This document shows positions 22,719 to 33,037 of a stretch of 64,000 nucleotides of DNA, in pieces. The position numbers and the translations under genes were made by a program. The stretch's first letter is position 1; each line of letters opens with the position of its first letter. Where the stretch lies: the NCBI GenBank assembly GCA_963728915.1, contig CAVSLV010000001.1:1280001-1344000 (forward strand), read 5' to 3'. This stretch comes from an uncultured Gemmatimonadales bacterium. GTDB taxonomy: Bacteria > Gemmatimonadota > Gemmatimonadetes > Gemmatimonadales > GWC2-71-9. Under the pieces are notes generated by a model. It saw only the letters and a list, made by a program, of their open reading frames with translations. It was not told where the DNA came from and made no database searches.

Positions 22719-24754
22719 AGCGCTTCCATGGTGCCGTGTTAGGAGCGATCCTGTTCGCCGCGCCCGCTCCCTTGCCGGCGCAAGCCAGGCAACCGATCAC
22801 CTTCGACACGTTCCTCGCCATGCAGATGGTGAGCGATCCCCAGATTTCACCCGATGGGAAGACCGTGGCCTTCGCCATCTCGGTCCCGTCGCTCCAGGAA
22901 AACCGGAATCTCTCCCGGATCTGGGTGGTGCCGGTCCGGGGAGGCACTCCCAGGGCACTGACCAGCGGTCCGGGGAGCGATTTCGCTCCGCGCTGGGCCG
23001 CGGACGGGAGTCTCGGCTTCATCTCGACTCGCAAGGGCGGCGGGCAAGTGTGGCGCACCGGCCTTGCCAATGGCGAGCCGGTACAGCTCACCGCGGTAGA
23101 AACCGGGGTCAACGATTTCCGATTCACCCCGGACGGCAAGGCGGTGCTGGTGACCAGCGACGTGAAATGGCCGCCCCGGCAGGAGATTGACGAGCGCAAC
23201 GGGAGCTTTCCCACTCAGGCCAAGATCTGGACCGATTTGTTCTACCGCTCCTGGGATGACTGGCGGGTGGGCACCCGTTCCCATCTCCTCAGGGTGGAGC
23301 TGGCCGATCGGAGCGTGAAGGACCTCACCCCATTCGAACACGACACGCCGCCCCTCGACCTGGGCGGGGTGGATCTGGCGGTCGCGCCGGCGGGAAATCT
23401 GGTGGCGCTGGTCTACAACCCCGATGACCAGCCCGCCCAGGGAACCAACAACGACGTGTGGCTGATGGGGACGGACGGAACCAGCCTGACCCAGGTCACC
23501 ACCCGAAAGGGCGACGACCACTCGCCCTCGTTCTCGGCGGACGGCAAGTGGATAGCCTACCTGTCGATGGAAACCCCCCGGTTCGAAGCTGACCGGACCC
23601 AGCTCCTGTTGTACGACCGGTCCACCCGCCAGAGCCGTTCCCTGACCCAGGACTGGGATGTGAGTGTTCAAGGCTATGCCTGGACCCCTGACTCCCGCGC
23701 CATCGTGGTCGAGGTCGAAGAGCGGGGTGGGCACAATCTCTACCGCCTGGATCTGGGTGGCGGGAAGCCGGTCCGGATCGTTGCCGGCGGGCTCAACAGC
23801 GCTCCGCGGGTTACCCCGAACGGGGACGCCATCATCTACCTGCATCAGACTGCGACCCAGCCCAATGAGGTATGGAGCGCCGGCCTGGATGGAGGCAACC
23901 CCCACGCCCTCACCCGCATGAACGCCCAGGCTCTCGCGAGCCTCGATCTGTCGCCGCTCGAGGCGTTCGGATTTGTGGGAGCAGCCGGGGATTCGGTGCA
24001 CGGCTGGTTGCTCAAGCCACCTGGATTCCAGCCTGGCAAGCGGTATCCCCTGGTCTACCTGATTCACGGGGGTCCCCAGGGGGCATGGCTCGATTCCTGG
24101 AGCCCTCGCTGGAATTACCACATGTTCGCGACCAGAGGGTATGTCGTGGCCGCGGTGAACTTCCACGGATCAACCGGCTACGGTCAGGCGTTTACCAACA
24201 GCATCACCCATCACTGGGGCGACCTTCCCCTCGAGGACCTGATGAAGGGGTTGGACCAGGTGGCGCAGCTGCCCTACGTGGATTCCACCAGGATGGGGGC
24301 GGCGGGCGCCTCCTACGGCGGATACATGATCTACTGGCTCGCGGGCCATACCAGCCGATTCAAGACCCTGATCGCCCACGACGGCGTGTTCAATGCCACC
24401 AGCATGGTGGGGAGCACCGAAGAGCTCTGGTTCCCCAATTGGGAATTCGGGCCGGGCGGTGTCACCAATCCGGAAACCCGGCAACTCCTCGAGAAATGGT
24501 CGCCCTCCAACTTCACCGACCAGTGGAAGACCCCGATGCTGGTCGTCCACAGCCAGCAGGACATGCGAGTGGACCTCTCCGAGGGCCTACAGGCCTTTAC
24601 CGCCCTCAAGCAGCGTGGAGTCCCGGCCAAGTTCCTCTACTTCCCCGATGAGGGGCATTGGGTTCTCAAGGCCCGGAACCGACGCCTTTGGTGGGACACC
24701 ATGCTCGATTGGTTGGACGGATACCTCAAACCGCGAGCTTTGGGTACCCCCTAG
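22715..24754 (+). CDS. S9 family (prolyl oligopeptidase/acylaminoacyl) peptidase, secreted
   Basis: Signal peptide; PD40-like propeller repeats; IHGGPQG, GASYGG, FPDEGH. Confidence 0.93.
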   Translation: MKRFHGAVLGAILFAAPAPLPAQARQPITFDTFLAMQMVSDPQISPDGKTVAFAISVPSLQENRNLSRIWVVPVRGGTPRALTSGPGSDFAPRWAADGSLGFISTRKGGGQVWRTGLANGEPVQLTAVETGVNDFRFTPDGKAVLVTSDVKWPPRQEIDERNGSFPTQAKIWTDLFYRSWDDWRVGTRSHLLRVELADRSVKDLTPFEHDTPPLDLGGVDLAVAPAGNLVALVYNPDDQPAQGTNNDVWLMGTDGTSLTQVTTRKGDDHSPSFSADGKWIAYLSMETPRFEADRTQLLLYDRSTRQSRSLTQDWDVSVQGYAWTPDSRAIVVEVEERGGHNLYRLDLGGGKPVRIVAGGLNSAPRVTPNGDAIIYLHQTATQPNEVWSAGLDGGNPHALTRMNAQALASLDLSPLEAFGFVGAAGDSVHGWLLKPPGFQPGKRYPLVYLIHGGPQGAWLDSWSPRWNYHMFATRGYVVAAVNFHGSTGYGQAFTNSITHHWGDLPLEDLMKGLDQVAQLPYVDSTRMGAAGASYGGYMIYWLAGHTSRFKTLIAHDGVFNATSMVGSTEELWFPNWEFGPGGVTNPETRQLLEKWSPSNFTDQWKTPMLVVHSQQDMRVDLSEGLQAFTALKQRGVPAKFLYFPDEGHWVLKARNRRLWWDTMLDWLDGYLKPRALGTP

Positions 24755-24829
24755 GGGTATATCGGTCCCCGATGGCTCGTTACACGCCCGTGACCCGGAG
24801 CTGGGCCCTCGGCGTGGTATTTTCTCCGG

Positions 24830-26998
24830 GTGACTGACGAGTCCCCTACCAGCCTCGAACCGACGATCTCCCCTCCGGGCTCAGCCATCGAAACGGGTCC
24901 GCCCGCAGGGGCCACCCCCGATTTCCGGTACCCCTCCCTCTATCTGAATCGGGAGCTTTCCTGGCTCGAGTTCAACCGGAGGGTGCTGCACGAAGCCCGG
25001 GATGACCGAACCCCGCTGCTGGAGCGGGTCAAGTTCCTCGCCATTTTCTCTACCAACCTGGATGAGTTCTTTCAGGTGCGCGTCGCCGGGCTCCGGCAGC
25101 AGGTTGCCGCCCACTTGGTCGAGCTGAGCCCGGATGGCATGTCACCCGAGGAACAGCTCCGCACCATCGCCGCCAAGGCGCGCGAGCTGGTCCAGGAGCA
25201 TGGCCATTGCCTCACCCGGGAAGTGCTCCCCGCCCTGGCCGAGCGCGGGGTCCGGCTGATCACCCGGCTGGACGATCTCTCCGAGGACGACCGGAAACAT
25301 CTCGACCAGTATTTCACCACCAATGTGTTCCCGGTTCTGACCCCGCTTGCCGTCGACCGGGCCCATCCCTTTCCGTACATCAGCAATCTGTCCCTGTCGC
25401 TCGCCGTCGTGCTCCGACGCGATAGTGGCGAAGAACGGTTCGCCCGCGTCAAGGTGCCGAAGATTCTGCCTCGATGGATCCCGCTCCCCGGAAGCCATCG
25501 CTACGCTCCCCTCGAGCTGGTCATCGCTTCGAATCTGGAGGCGCTCTTCCCGGGCATCGAAATCCTGGGCGCGTTTCCCTTCCGGATCACCCGCAACACC
25601 GACCTCGAAATCGATCCCGGCGAGGCCGACGATCTGCTGGAGGTCATTCAGGAAGAAGTGCGCAATCGCCGGTTCGCCGAGGTGGTCCGACTCGAGGTGG
25701 ACCCGGCCATGCCCGAATCCCTGCGGGAGCTGGTGCTCGCCGAGCTGAATGCCGATCAGGAGAGCGACGGCCTCCCGCTCACCGGAGAGGACATCTACGA
25801 GACCGTCGGCCTGCTCGACGCGTCCGATCTGATGACCATCGCCGGGCTCGAGATCGCCGATCTCCACGATCCGACGTTCATTCCGGTGGTGCCCGCCCGA
25901 TTGGCCGGGAACCGGAACATCTTCGACGTGGTTCGCGAGGGCGACGTCCTGGTACACCATCCCTACGAGAGTTTTGCCGCCAGCGTCGAGCGCTTCATTC
26001 AGACCGCGGCCGAGGATCCCGACGTGCTCGCGATCAAGATGACGCTCTACCGCACGGGTGGAGACTCCCACATCGCCCGGCTGCTCGCGACCGCCGCCGA
26101 GCGGGGCAAACAGGTCGCGGTGCTGATCGAGCTTCAGGCCCGTTTCGACGAAGAAAACAACATCCGCTGGGCCCAGCGGTTCGAGGATCTCGGGGTCCAC
26201 GTGAGCTACGGCGTCGCCGGGCTCAAGACCCACGCCAAGGTGATCCTGGTGGTTCGTCGGGAAGGGGATCAGATCCGCCGGTACGTGCACATTGCGACCG
26301 GAAACTATGCTCCCCGCACCGCGCGCACCTACACCGACTTCGGGTTGTTCTCCGTCGATCCGGACCTCGGCGCGGACCTGTCCGATCTGTTCAACGTGCT
26401 CACCGGGTTTGCCAGCCCGATGGGATACCGCAAGCTGATCGTGGCGCCGGGCGGAATGCGGCATCGGCTGGTGGAGCTGATCCGCCGGGAGATCGCCCAC
26501 GCCCGCGCCGGGCGGCCGGCCCGCATTTTCGCCAAGATGAACGCGCTGGTGGATCCCGAGATCATCGCCCTGCTCTACGAAGCGTCGGGCGCCGGCGTCA
26601 CGGTCGACCTCCTGGTCCGTGGCATCAGCTGCCTCCGGCCGGGGCTGCCGGGCGTGAGCGAGCGCATCCGCATCGTCAGCGTGATTGGCCGGTTCCTGGA
26701 GCACTCCCGGGCCTGGTACTTCGAAAACGCCGGGCAACACGAAGTCTATCTGACCTCGGCGGACTGGATGCAGCGGAACCTGGACCGGCGCATCGAGACC
26801 GCCGTTCCGCTCGACTCCCCCACGCACCGGGAGACCATCCGCGAGATTCTGGAAACGATGTGGGGAGACAATCGCCAGGCGTGGGACCTTGCCGCCGACG
26901 GGACCTGGCGCCAGCGCCACGTCGAGGGACAGGCGCCCGAAGTGCCCTCACACCGGGTGTTGATGGAGCGCTATCGAGAGCTTGCCCGCCCCGCGTAG
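24830..26998 (+). CDS. ppk1: Polyphosphate kinase 1
   Basis: NRELSWLEFN, NLDEFF, HPFP, HHPYESF, KTHAK, RFLEHSR. Confidence 0.97.
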   Translation: MTDESPTSLEPTISPPGSAIETGPPAGATPDFRYPSLYLNRELSWLEFNRRVLHEARDDRTPLLERVKFLAIFSTNLDEFFQVRVAGLRQQVAAHLVELSPDGMSPEEQLRTIAAKARELVQEHGHCLTREVLPALAERGVRLITRLDDLSEDDRKHLDQYFTTNVFPVLTPLAVDRAHPFPYISNLSLSLAVVLRRDSGEERFARVKVPKILPRWIPLPGSHRYAPLELVIASNLEALFPGIEILGAFPFRITRNTDLEIDPGEADDLLEVIQEEVRNRRFAEVVRLEVDPAMPESLRELVLAELNADQESDGLPLTGEDIYETVGLLDASDLMTIAGLEIADLHDPTFIPVVPARLAGNRNIFDVVREGDVLVHHPYESFAASVERFIQTAAEDPDVLAIKMTLYRTGGDSHIARLLATAAERGKQVAVLIELQARFDEENNIRWAQRFEDLGVHVSYGVAGLKTHAKVILVVRREGDQIRRYVHIATGNYAPRTARTYTDFGLFSVDPDLGADLSDLFNVLTGFASPMGYRKLIVAPGGMRHRLVELIRREIAHARAGRPARIFAKMNALVDPEIIALLYEASGAGVTVDLLVRGISCLRPGLPGVSERIRIVSVIGRFLEHSRAWYFENAGQHEVYLTSADWMQRNLDRRIETAVPLDSPTHRETIREILETMWGDNRQAWDLAADGTWRQRHVEGQAPEVPSHRVLMERYRELARPA

Positions 26999-27045
26999 CG
27001 CCACGGAGCACGCTCGTTGTCCGGCTCCGTATTCCAGACCCCCCG

Positions 27046-28134
27046 CTAGTGCGCAAGCCCCGCCGAGTCGGTGAACTTCCGGAACAGCTCGACCTGCTCG
27101 GGTGAGAGGTCCTCGGGCAGCTTCACCTCCACGTTCACCAGCAGGTCCCCTCGGCGCTCCCCTTTGACGATGCCTTCGCCCCGGATCCGGAATTTCCGGC
27201 CCGGCTGGGTACCGGCCGGAATCTTGAGGACGACTTTCTTGTCTCCAAGGGTCCGGACCCGAAGCCGGCTTCCCAGGATCGCCTGGGCCATGTTGATGGT
27301 GACGTCGCATACCACGTCGAGACCCTCCCGGCGGAAGAACCGGTCGGGTTGCACCTGGAAGGTGACCAGCAGATCTCCCGGCGGAGTCCCGTCTCGTCCC
27401 GCGGCGCCCTGGCCCTTGAGACGGATCCGGAGCCCGGATTCGGTCCCCGGAGGCACCGTGATCATAACCCGCCGCTGAGTCCGGGTTTCCCCGACCCCAT
27501 CGCAGGTGGGACATTTCTCCGAGGGAACCTTCCCTCGCCCCCGGCACATCGGGCAGGGCCGGTTCACGGCGAAGCCACCTTGTCCGAAGGAGATCGTGCC
27601 GCGACCCTTGCACTCGGGACACTGGGACATCGACGCCCCGGGCGCCCCGCCGCTTCCCCCGCAGGTGGGACAGGTCTCGTTGACCGCGAGGGTGACCGGC
27701 ACCTTGCCGCCCAGCGCCGCGGTCCGGAAGGGGATCTCGAGCTCGGTCTCTACCGTCTCTCCCCGCGGTTCTTCCTTGCGGCCGCGCCCGAAAATCGAGG
27801 AGAAGATGTCCCCCAGACCCATCGACCCGAAGTCCCCGAAATCGAAGGATTCGGTGAATCCTCCTCGACCGCCACCGGGGCCGCCGCCCCCGCGGGCGCC
27901 GGCCGGCTCGAACGCCCCCAACCGGCGCATCTGATCGTACTTCTTGCGTTTCTCGGGATCCGAGAGCACCCCGTGGGCTTCCGAGATCTGCTTGAACATC
28001 TCGGAGGCCTGCGGGTTATTCGGATTGGCGTCGGGGTGGTACTGCTTGGCCAGCCGCCGGTACGCTTTCTTGATCTCCTCCGCCGTGGCGCTTTCGCCGA
28101 CCCCGAGAACCTGGTAGAAATCCCGGGACGCCAC
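27046..28134 (-). CDS. dnaJ: Chaperone DnaJ (class A)
   Basis: J-domain with HPD; G/F region; four CxxCxGxG repeats; C-terminal domain. Confidence 0.95.
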   Translation of the reverse strand: MASRDFYQVLGVGESATAEEIKKAYRRLAKQYHPDANPNNPQASEMFKQISEAHGVLSDPEKRKKYDQMRRLGAFEPAGARGGGGPGGGRGGFTESFDFGDFGSMGLGDIFSSIFGRGRKEEPRGETVETELEIPFRTAALGGKVPVTLAVNETCPTCGGSGGAPGASMSQCPECKGRGTISFGQGGFAVNRPCPMCRGRGKVPSEKCPTCDGVGETRTQRRVMITVPPGTESGLRIRLKGQGAAGRDGTPPGDLLVTFQVQPDRFFRREGLDVVCDVTINMAQAILGSRLRVRTLGDKKVVLKIPAGTQPGRKFRIRGEGIVKGERRGDLLVNVEVKLPEDLSPEQVELFRKFTDSAGLAH

Positions 28135-28710
28135 TTACGCGTGCCCTTCCGAGGAATAGACCTGGACCCGGGCGGGGCGCACCAGATTGCCCCGGAACCG
28201 GTACCCGACCTGAAAGGTCTGGGCGACGGTGTGGTCCTGCTCCGGCCGTTCCGGGGGAACCACCGAAACCGCCTCGTGCCACGCCGGATCGAACGGTGCG
28301 CCCAGCGGATCGACCCGCTCCAGCCCGGCCGCCTCCAGCTCCTTCCGGAGCTTCTTGTCCACCAGGACGGTGGCTTCGAGCAACGCGGGCGCCGGCGTGG
28401 TGCCCTCGCTCGCAACGATCCGGTCGATGTCATCCAGCACGTCGAGCAACTTGATCACCAGGGCGGCCTGGGCCCGGTCCATCAGCTCCAGCCGCTCCCG
28501 GGCCACCCGCTTCCGGTAATTGTCGAACTCCGCCGCCAGTCGAAGGTGACGATCCGTCGCCTCTCTGAGCTGGCCTTCGAGACGCTCGACCGCGCCTTCC
28601 GCCGGCTCCATCGGGACCCCGGTGCCCCCGAAACCTGGATTGGCCATCGGCGGAGCCTCCTCGATCGGAGCGTCTTCCTCGAATCCCTTGTCTGTCATCG
28701 GCTTCTTCAT
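28135..28710 (-). CDS. grpE: Nucleotide exchange factor GrpE
   Basis: LRLAAEFDNYRKR, FDPAWHEAV, GYRFRGNLVRPARV. Confidence 0.95.
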   Translation of the reverse strand: MKKPMTDKGFEEDAPIEEAPPMANPGFGGTGVPMEPAEGAVERLEGQLREATDRHLRLAAEFDNYRKRVARERLELMDRAQAALVIKLLDVLDDIDRIVASEGTTPAPALLEATVLVDKKLRKELEAAGLERVDPLGAPFDPAWHEAVSVVPPERPEQDHTVAQTFQVGYRFRGNLVRPARVQVYSSEGHA

Positions 28711-28722
28711 GGCTCAAATCTA

Positions 28723-29982
28723 TCAGGAAGGATGTTCGGCTTTCAGGTTTCGTGCCCTCACCTGCAACCACGCTTTCCAGAGCGCGAATTGACACGCCCG
28801 GGCCCGGACATTGTGCCGCGATCCGGGAAAGATGAGCTTGTGCGTCCTCGTGGCGTCGGGATCGGCGATCCCGAAACAGACCAGGCCGACCGGCTTGGCC
28901 TCGGAACCCCCACCCGGCCCGGCGATTCCGGTGATCGCGATCGCCAGGTCCACCTGGAACCGCTTCCGCAGCGCTCGGGCCATCTCGCCGGCGGTCTCCT
29001 CGCCTACGGCCCCGTGCAGGTCCAGGATTCGGCCGGGAACGCCCAGCTCCTCCTTGATGGCATCGGCGTAGGCGATCACCCCTCCCGCGAATACGTCCGA
29101 GGCTCCCGGAACCCCGGTGATCCGGGCACCCAGCATTCCCCCGGTACATGACTCCGCGACTCCCACCCTCAGACCGGCTCCCCGGCATTCGTCCAGGAAA
29201 AGGGCTGCGAGATCCTCCTCGCCGGTTCCGTACCCGTGATCGCCGGCGAGCTCGCGAATTCGCTGCCCCGTCCCCGCCAGCCGCCGATCGGCTTCCTCCG
29301 GCGGAAGGTCCCACGCGGTGAGACGGAGGTCCACTCCGTCGAGCCCGGGGAGCGAAGCCAGGGTGAGCGGAGCAAGATCCGAGGTGATCGGCGCCAGTCG
29401 ATCCGCGAGGGCCGACTCCGCAATCCCGGTGGTTCGGATCACCAGGGAACGCACCACGTCTCCCTGCCCCCTCGCAGCGAGGCCCGGGACGACTTCCTCC
29501 TCGACCAGGCCCCGGAATTCATGGGGCACCCCCGGCAGGAGGATCACCTCCCCCGGTCCGGAGCTGAGCCAGAGTCCGGGCGCGGTCCCCCGCGGGTTGG
29601 GCAGGACCCTGGCGCCCCGGGGAACCTCGGCCTGGCAACGGTTCCGCCCGGCCAGCACTCTTCCCATCCGGGCGAACCGGGTCACCAGGTGATCCCAGAT
29701 GGCCGGATCAAATTCAAGGGGAGCCTGAAAGAGCTCGGCAACCGCGTGTTTGGTCACGTCGTCATGGGTGGGGCCGAGCCCGCCGGAAACGATGACCAGG
29801 CCGGTGCGGGCGAGGGCCTCGGCCACCGCGGCACGAATCGACCCGGACTCGTCGGGCACCGTGGATCTGCGGGTTAACCGGACGCCGATCGCGCCGAGGG
29901 CCTGCCCGAGAAAGGCCGAATTCGTGTCGAGGGTGAAGCCGAGCAGCAGCTCGGTCCCGATCGTGACCAGTTCGGCATCCAT
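28723..29982 (-). CDS. cinA: CinA (molybdopterin-binding domain fused to NMN deamidase PncC)
   Basis: IGTELLLG, GGLGPTHDDVT, NPRGTAPG, AESCTGG, ITGIAGPGG. Confidence 0.94.
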   Translation of the reverse strand: MDAELVTIGTELLLGFTLDTNSAFLGQALGAIGVRLTRRSTVPDESGSIRAAVAEALARTGLVIVSGGLGPTHDDVTKHAVAELFQAPLEFDPAIWDHLVTRFARMGRVLAGRNRCQAEVPRGARVLPNPRGTAPGLWLSSGPGEVILLPGVPHEFRGLVEEEVVPGLAARGQGDVVRSLVIRTTGIAESALADRLAPITSDLAPLTLASLPGLDGVDLRLTAWDLPPEEADRRLAGTGQRIRELAGDHGYGTGEEDLAALFLDECRGAGLRVGVAESCTGGMLGARITGVPGASDVFAGGVIAYADAIKEELGVPGRILDLHGAVGEETAGEMARALRKRFQVDLAIAITGIAGPGGGSEAKPVGLVCFGIADPDATRTHKLIFPGSRHNVRARACQFALWKAWLQVRARNLKAEHPS

Positions 29983-29999
29983 GGAAACGAGGCGCCGGC

Positions 30000-30641
30000 T
30001 CAGCGCTCCTCATGGGAAAACAGCCGGCGGTACCGATAGAGGTAGATCAGGAACGAATAGACCGTGAGCACCAGAGCGATCGCCAGCGTCACCGCGACGA
30101 ACCCGCCATGAAACTGGTTCCACCAGCGCGCGGCGCGATCCGCCTGCCACCCCTGCGACTCCCTCGCGTCCCGAAAGGCGAACCACACGATCGTCCCGCC
30201 GATGAAGATGTTCTGGAACACCGTCTTGAGCTTGCCCGGGCCCTGCGCCGAAATGACCACCCCCTTGCGGTCCGCCCACCACCGGAACCCGGTCATGGCG
30301 AACTCCCGTCCCAGCAGGAGCAGGCAGACCCAGAGCGGGATGCTTCCCCAGACCGGAATGTCGTAGAGATGCTGACGCTGCTGGGAAATCCACCAGATCG
30401 GCACCAGGGTGGCGAGCAGCAGCAGCTTGTCGGCGATCGGATCGAGCTTCTTGCCGAAGTCGGTGACCTGGTTGTTGCGCCGGGCCAGGTGGCCGTCGAT
30501 GACGTCGGTGATGCTGGCGGCCACGTAGATCCCGAAACAGACCAGCTTGGGCCAGTACCCTTCGATGAACGGCAACGCGGCGATGACTGGGGTGATCGCG
30601 ATCCGGGCGATCGTCAGGATGTTGGGGATCGTCCAGGTCAT
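30000..30641 (-). CDS. pgsA: CDP-alcohol phosphatidyltransferase (PgsA-like)
   Basis: [36 protein letters not shown] signature; ATGA overlap with mglA. Confidence 0.88.
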   Translation of the reverse strand: MTWTIPNILTIARIAITPVIAALPFIEGYWPKLVCFGIYVAASITDVIDGHLARRNNQVTDFGKKLDPIADKLLLLATLVPIWWISQQRQHLYDIPVWGSIPLWVCLLLLGREFAMTGFRWWADRKGVVISAQGPGKLKTVFQNIFIGGTIVWFAFRDARESQGWQADRAARWWNQFHGGFVAVTLAIALVLTVYSFLIYLYRYRRLFSHEER

Positions 30642-31312
30642 CCCAGCGTCTTGAGCACCTGCTTGCTCACCGCGCGCAGGGTATCGAAGACCCCGTCGCC
30701 GCGCACCGCGCAGGCTTCGAAATGGGGGACCCGCTCGATCCACGACCCGTCCACCTGCTGGACCAGATATTCCCCGGGCCGCGCCGGATCCGGGGTCACT
30801 ACCTGGCGCTCGGAGTCCTCCAGCGGCCACCCCGGGTTCAGCGCCTCCTGAAGTTGCGAGAGTCCCGCCGCATTGGGAAGATCCCGCTTGTTGTACTGGA
30901 TCACGAATGGGAGGCGGGTCAGGTCGAGTCCGTGCTGCGCCATGTTGTCGTAGAGATTCTGCATGGACTCGAGATTCGCCTCCATGCGGTCCAGCTGGCT
31001 GTCGGCCACGAACACCACCCCATCCACTCCCTTGAGGATCAGCCGGCGGGAGGCGTTGTAGTAGACCTGGCCCGGCACGGTATAGAGGTGGAAACGGGTC
31101 TTGAAGCCCCGGATCGTGCCGAGGTCGACGGGAAGAAAATCGAAGAAGAGGGTGCGCTCGGTTTCGGTCGCCAGGGAAATCATCTTGCCCCGGCTGCCCG
31201 GAGCGACCTTCTCATAGATGTACTCGAGGTTGGTGGTCTTCCCACCGAGGCCAGGCCCGTAGTAGACCAGCTTGCAGTTGATTTCCCGGGAGGCGTAGTT
31301 GATGAGGGACAT
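30638..31312 (-). CDS. mglA: MglA small Ras-like GTPase
   Basis: [47 protein letters not shown]. Confidence 0.95.
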   Translation of the reverse strand: MSLINYASREINCKLVYYGPGLGGKTTNLEYIYEKVAPGSRGKMISLATETERTLFFDFLPVDLGTIRGFKTRFHLYTVPGQVYYNASRRLILKGVDGVVFVADSQLDRMEANLESMQNLYDNMAQHGLDLTRLPFVIQYNKRDLPNAAGLSQLQEALNPGWPLEDSERQVVTPDPARPGEYLVQQVDGSWIERVPHFEACAVRGDGVFDTLRAVSKQVLKTLG

Positions 31313-31824
31313 CAGCCGCTCCCGAACAGCCGGTCGATTTCATCCTCGGCTTCGCCCACGAAGCCACGCTCGATGGCCCCCTTCGGCCGCATGCCCGGAC
31401 CGGCCGCGCCTTCCCGCGTGAACATGTCGGTGAACACCCGGGACAGCTCCGGCACCACGGTGCGGACCCGCAGCTTCACCAGCCCGAGGGTGGTGCCGTG
31501 GTCGAAGATCACGACCAGAATGACCCGGCGCGCGATATCCGCGAGATAGAGCGAGTCCTTTTCCCCCTGGTGAAACAGGGCCCCGAATTCGTTTTCGCCC
31601 AGCAGCCGGGCGAGCTGGTCGTTCGCGCTGAAATCCGCCGCGGTGAGCGTGGCGAAGGTGACCGGATCGAAGCGGGTCGGCTGTCCCGCGGTCGCCAGCA
31701 TCTGCCCGGTGCGGTCGACCAGGAGGGCGGTACGGGCCGAGGATTCCGAAAGCAGGCGGTCGAGCAGGCCCCCGATGCGGACCGCATCTTCCTCGCGGAA
31801 TGACCAGCTGGCCGCGCCGCTCAC
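31312..31824 (-). CDS. mglB: MglB roadblock/LC7 protein (GAP of MglA)
   Basis: [47 protein letters not shown] start overlaps the upstream stop. Confidence 0.9.
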   Translation of the reverse strand: MSGAASWSFREEDAVRIGGLLDRLLSESSARTALLVDRTGQMLATAGQPTRFDPVTFATLTAADFSANDQLARLLGENEFGALFHQGEKDSLYLADIARRVILVVIFDHGTTLGLVKLRVRTVVPELSRVFTDMFTREGAAGPGMRPKGAIERGFVGEAEDEIDRLFGSG

Positions 31825-32093
31825 CGGAGCCCTCGCTCCAGGTGATGCACGATCCGGCGGGCTCGCTGGCGGAGTCTGGGGTGCCGTTCCCAGGAGATGT
31901 AGTCCCGGAGCAGGCGTACCGTATCCGGGGCCGGCCTTCCCGCCAGATAGCCCAGGGCCGCGTGACGCCGGCGAGGCCGGGCGCTGAAGAGCGCTTCCCG
32001 GTGCAGGTCGAGGTAGCGCTGGCTCAGCCCCCAGCCGCACAGCACCCCGGCGACCGTCGCGACCGAGAACACCATCCAGCGAAGCGGTTTCAG
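31821..32093 (-). CDS. Small membrane-anchored hypothetical protein (HEAT-like helices)
   Basis: 3' part of ORF 31821..32975; fills the recR-mglB gap exactly; TM segment then LFSARPRRRHAALGYL; CTG start after AGGAGG, or ATG 32075. Confidence 0.7.
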   Translation of the reverse strand: MKPLRWMVFSVATVAGVLCGWGLSQRYLDLHREALFSARPRRRHAALGYLAGRPAPDTVRLLRDYISWERHPRLRQRARRIVHHLERGLR

Positions 32094-32686
32094 GAAACCT
32101 CCTGCCGCGCCGCGAGCGCGTGACTCAGGGTGACGCCGTCCACATAGTCGAGATCGCCTCCAACCGGGAGGCCCCGGGCCAGTCGAGTGACCCGAACCCC
32201 CATCCCTTCCAGCAGATGCTGAATGTAGGTGGCCGTTGCTTCGCCCTCCAGAGAGGGGTTGGTCGCCAGAATGACCTCCCGGATCTCTCCCCCGGAAACC
32301 CGTTGCCGGAGGAGGCCCATCCTGAGCTGGTCCGGTCCGATTCCCGAGAGGGGGGACAGCCGGCCTCCCAGCACCAGGTAGCGGCCCCGGAAACCGCCCC
32401 CGGTGGCCCGCTCCAGCGCCATCACGGTCGAGGCCTCCTCCACCACGCACAGCACGGTCTGGTCCCGCCGCGGATCGGTACAGATCGCGCAGCGGTCCTC
32501 CTCGGTAAAGTTGCCGCACTCGGGACAGCCGTGCACCCGGGCCGCAACTCGTTGCAGCGCCGCGGCCAGGCGCTCGGCCTGATCCCGGGACTGCTGCAAC
32601 AGATGAAAGGTGAGTCGCTGCGCCGTCTTGGGACCGACCCCGGGCAGGCGGGCGAGCTCGTTCACGAGCTCGTCGATCGCGCCCAC
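32090..32686 (-). CDS. recR: Recombination mediator RecR
   Basis: LPGVGPKTAQRL, CPECGN...CAIC, EVILATNPSLEGEATA, LARGLPVGGDLDY. Confidence 0.97.
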   Translation of the reverse strand: MGAIDELVNELARLPGVGPKTAQRLTFHLLQQSRDQAERLAAALQRVAARVHGCPECGNFTEEDRCAICTDPRRDQTVLCVVEEASTVMALERATGGGFRGRYLVLGGRLSPLSGIGPDQLRMGLLRQRVSGGEIREVILATNPSLEGEATATYIQHLLEGMGVRVTRLARGLPVGGDLDYVDGVTLSHALAARQEVS

Positions 32687-32691
32687 GGCGT

Positions 32692-33003
32692 TCAGAACGG
32701 GGACAGCGGGTTGGGGACCGGCGTGAGCTTCCGGATTTCTGCCTGCACCAGATCGGCCGCGCGCCGCTGTGCTTCGGCGATCGCTCCCACCACCAGATCG
32801 GCCAGCAGCTCGGCGTCCCGGCCCTCGAAGGCCGCCGGGTCGATGGTGAGGCCCCGGACCAGGCCGCGGCCATCCACCCTAACCCGCACCATTCCGCCCC
32901 CCGCACTGGTCTCGATGATCCGATCGGCCAGCTCCGACTGGAGCTGCTGCAATCGCCCCTGGACCTGCTGGCCAAGCTGAAACAGGTGCTGAAAATCCGC
33001 CAT
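32692..33003 (-). CDS. ybaB: YbaB/EbfC nucleoid-associated protein
   Basis: SAGGGMVRV, IDP, LADLVVGAI; between dnaX and recR. Confidence 0.92.
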   Translation of the reverse strand: MADFQHLFQLGQQVQGRLQQLQSELADRIIETSAGGGMVRVRVDGRGLVRGLTIDPAAFEGRDAELLADLVVGAIAEAQRRAADLVQAEIRKLTPVPNPLSPF

Positions 33004-33037
33004 GATGCTCCTTCGATTCCGGCCGCCCTGCCCCGCC

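Noticed and set aside
28700..28740. CIRCE/HrcA operator before grpE-dnaJ
   Set aside because: No TTAGCACTC-N9-GAGTGCTAA; the gap is only 12 bp and holds a -10 box
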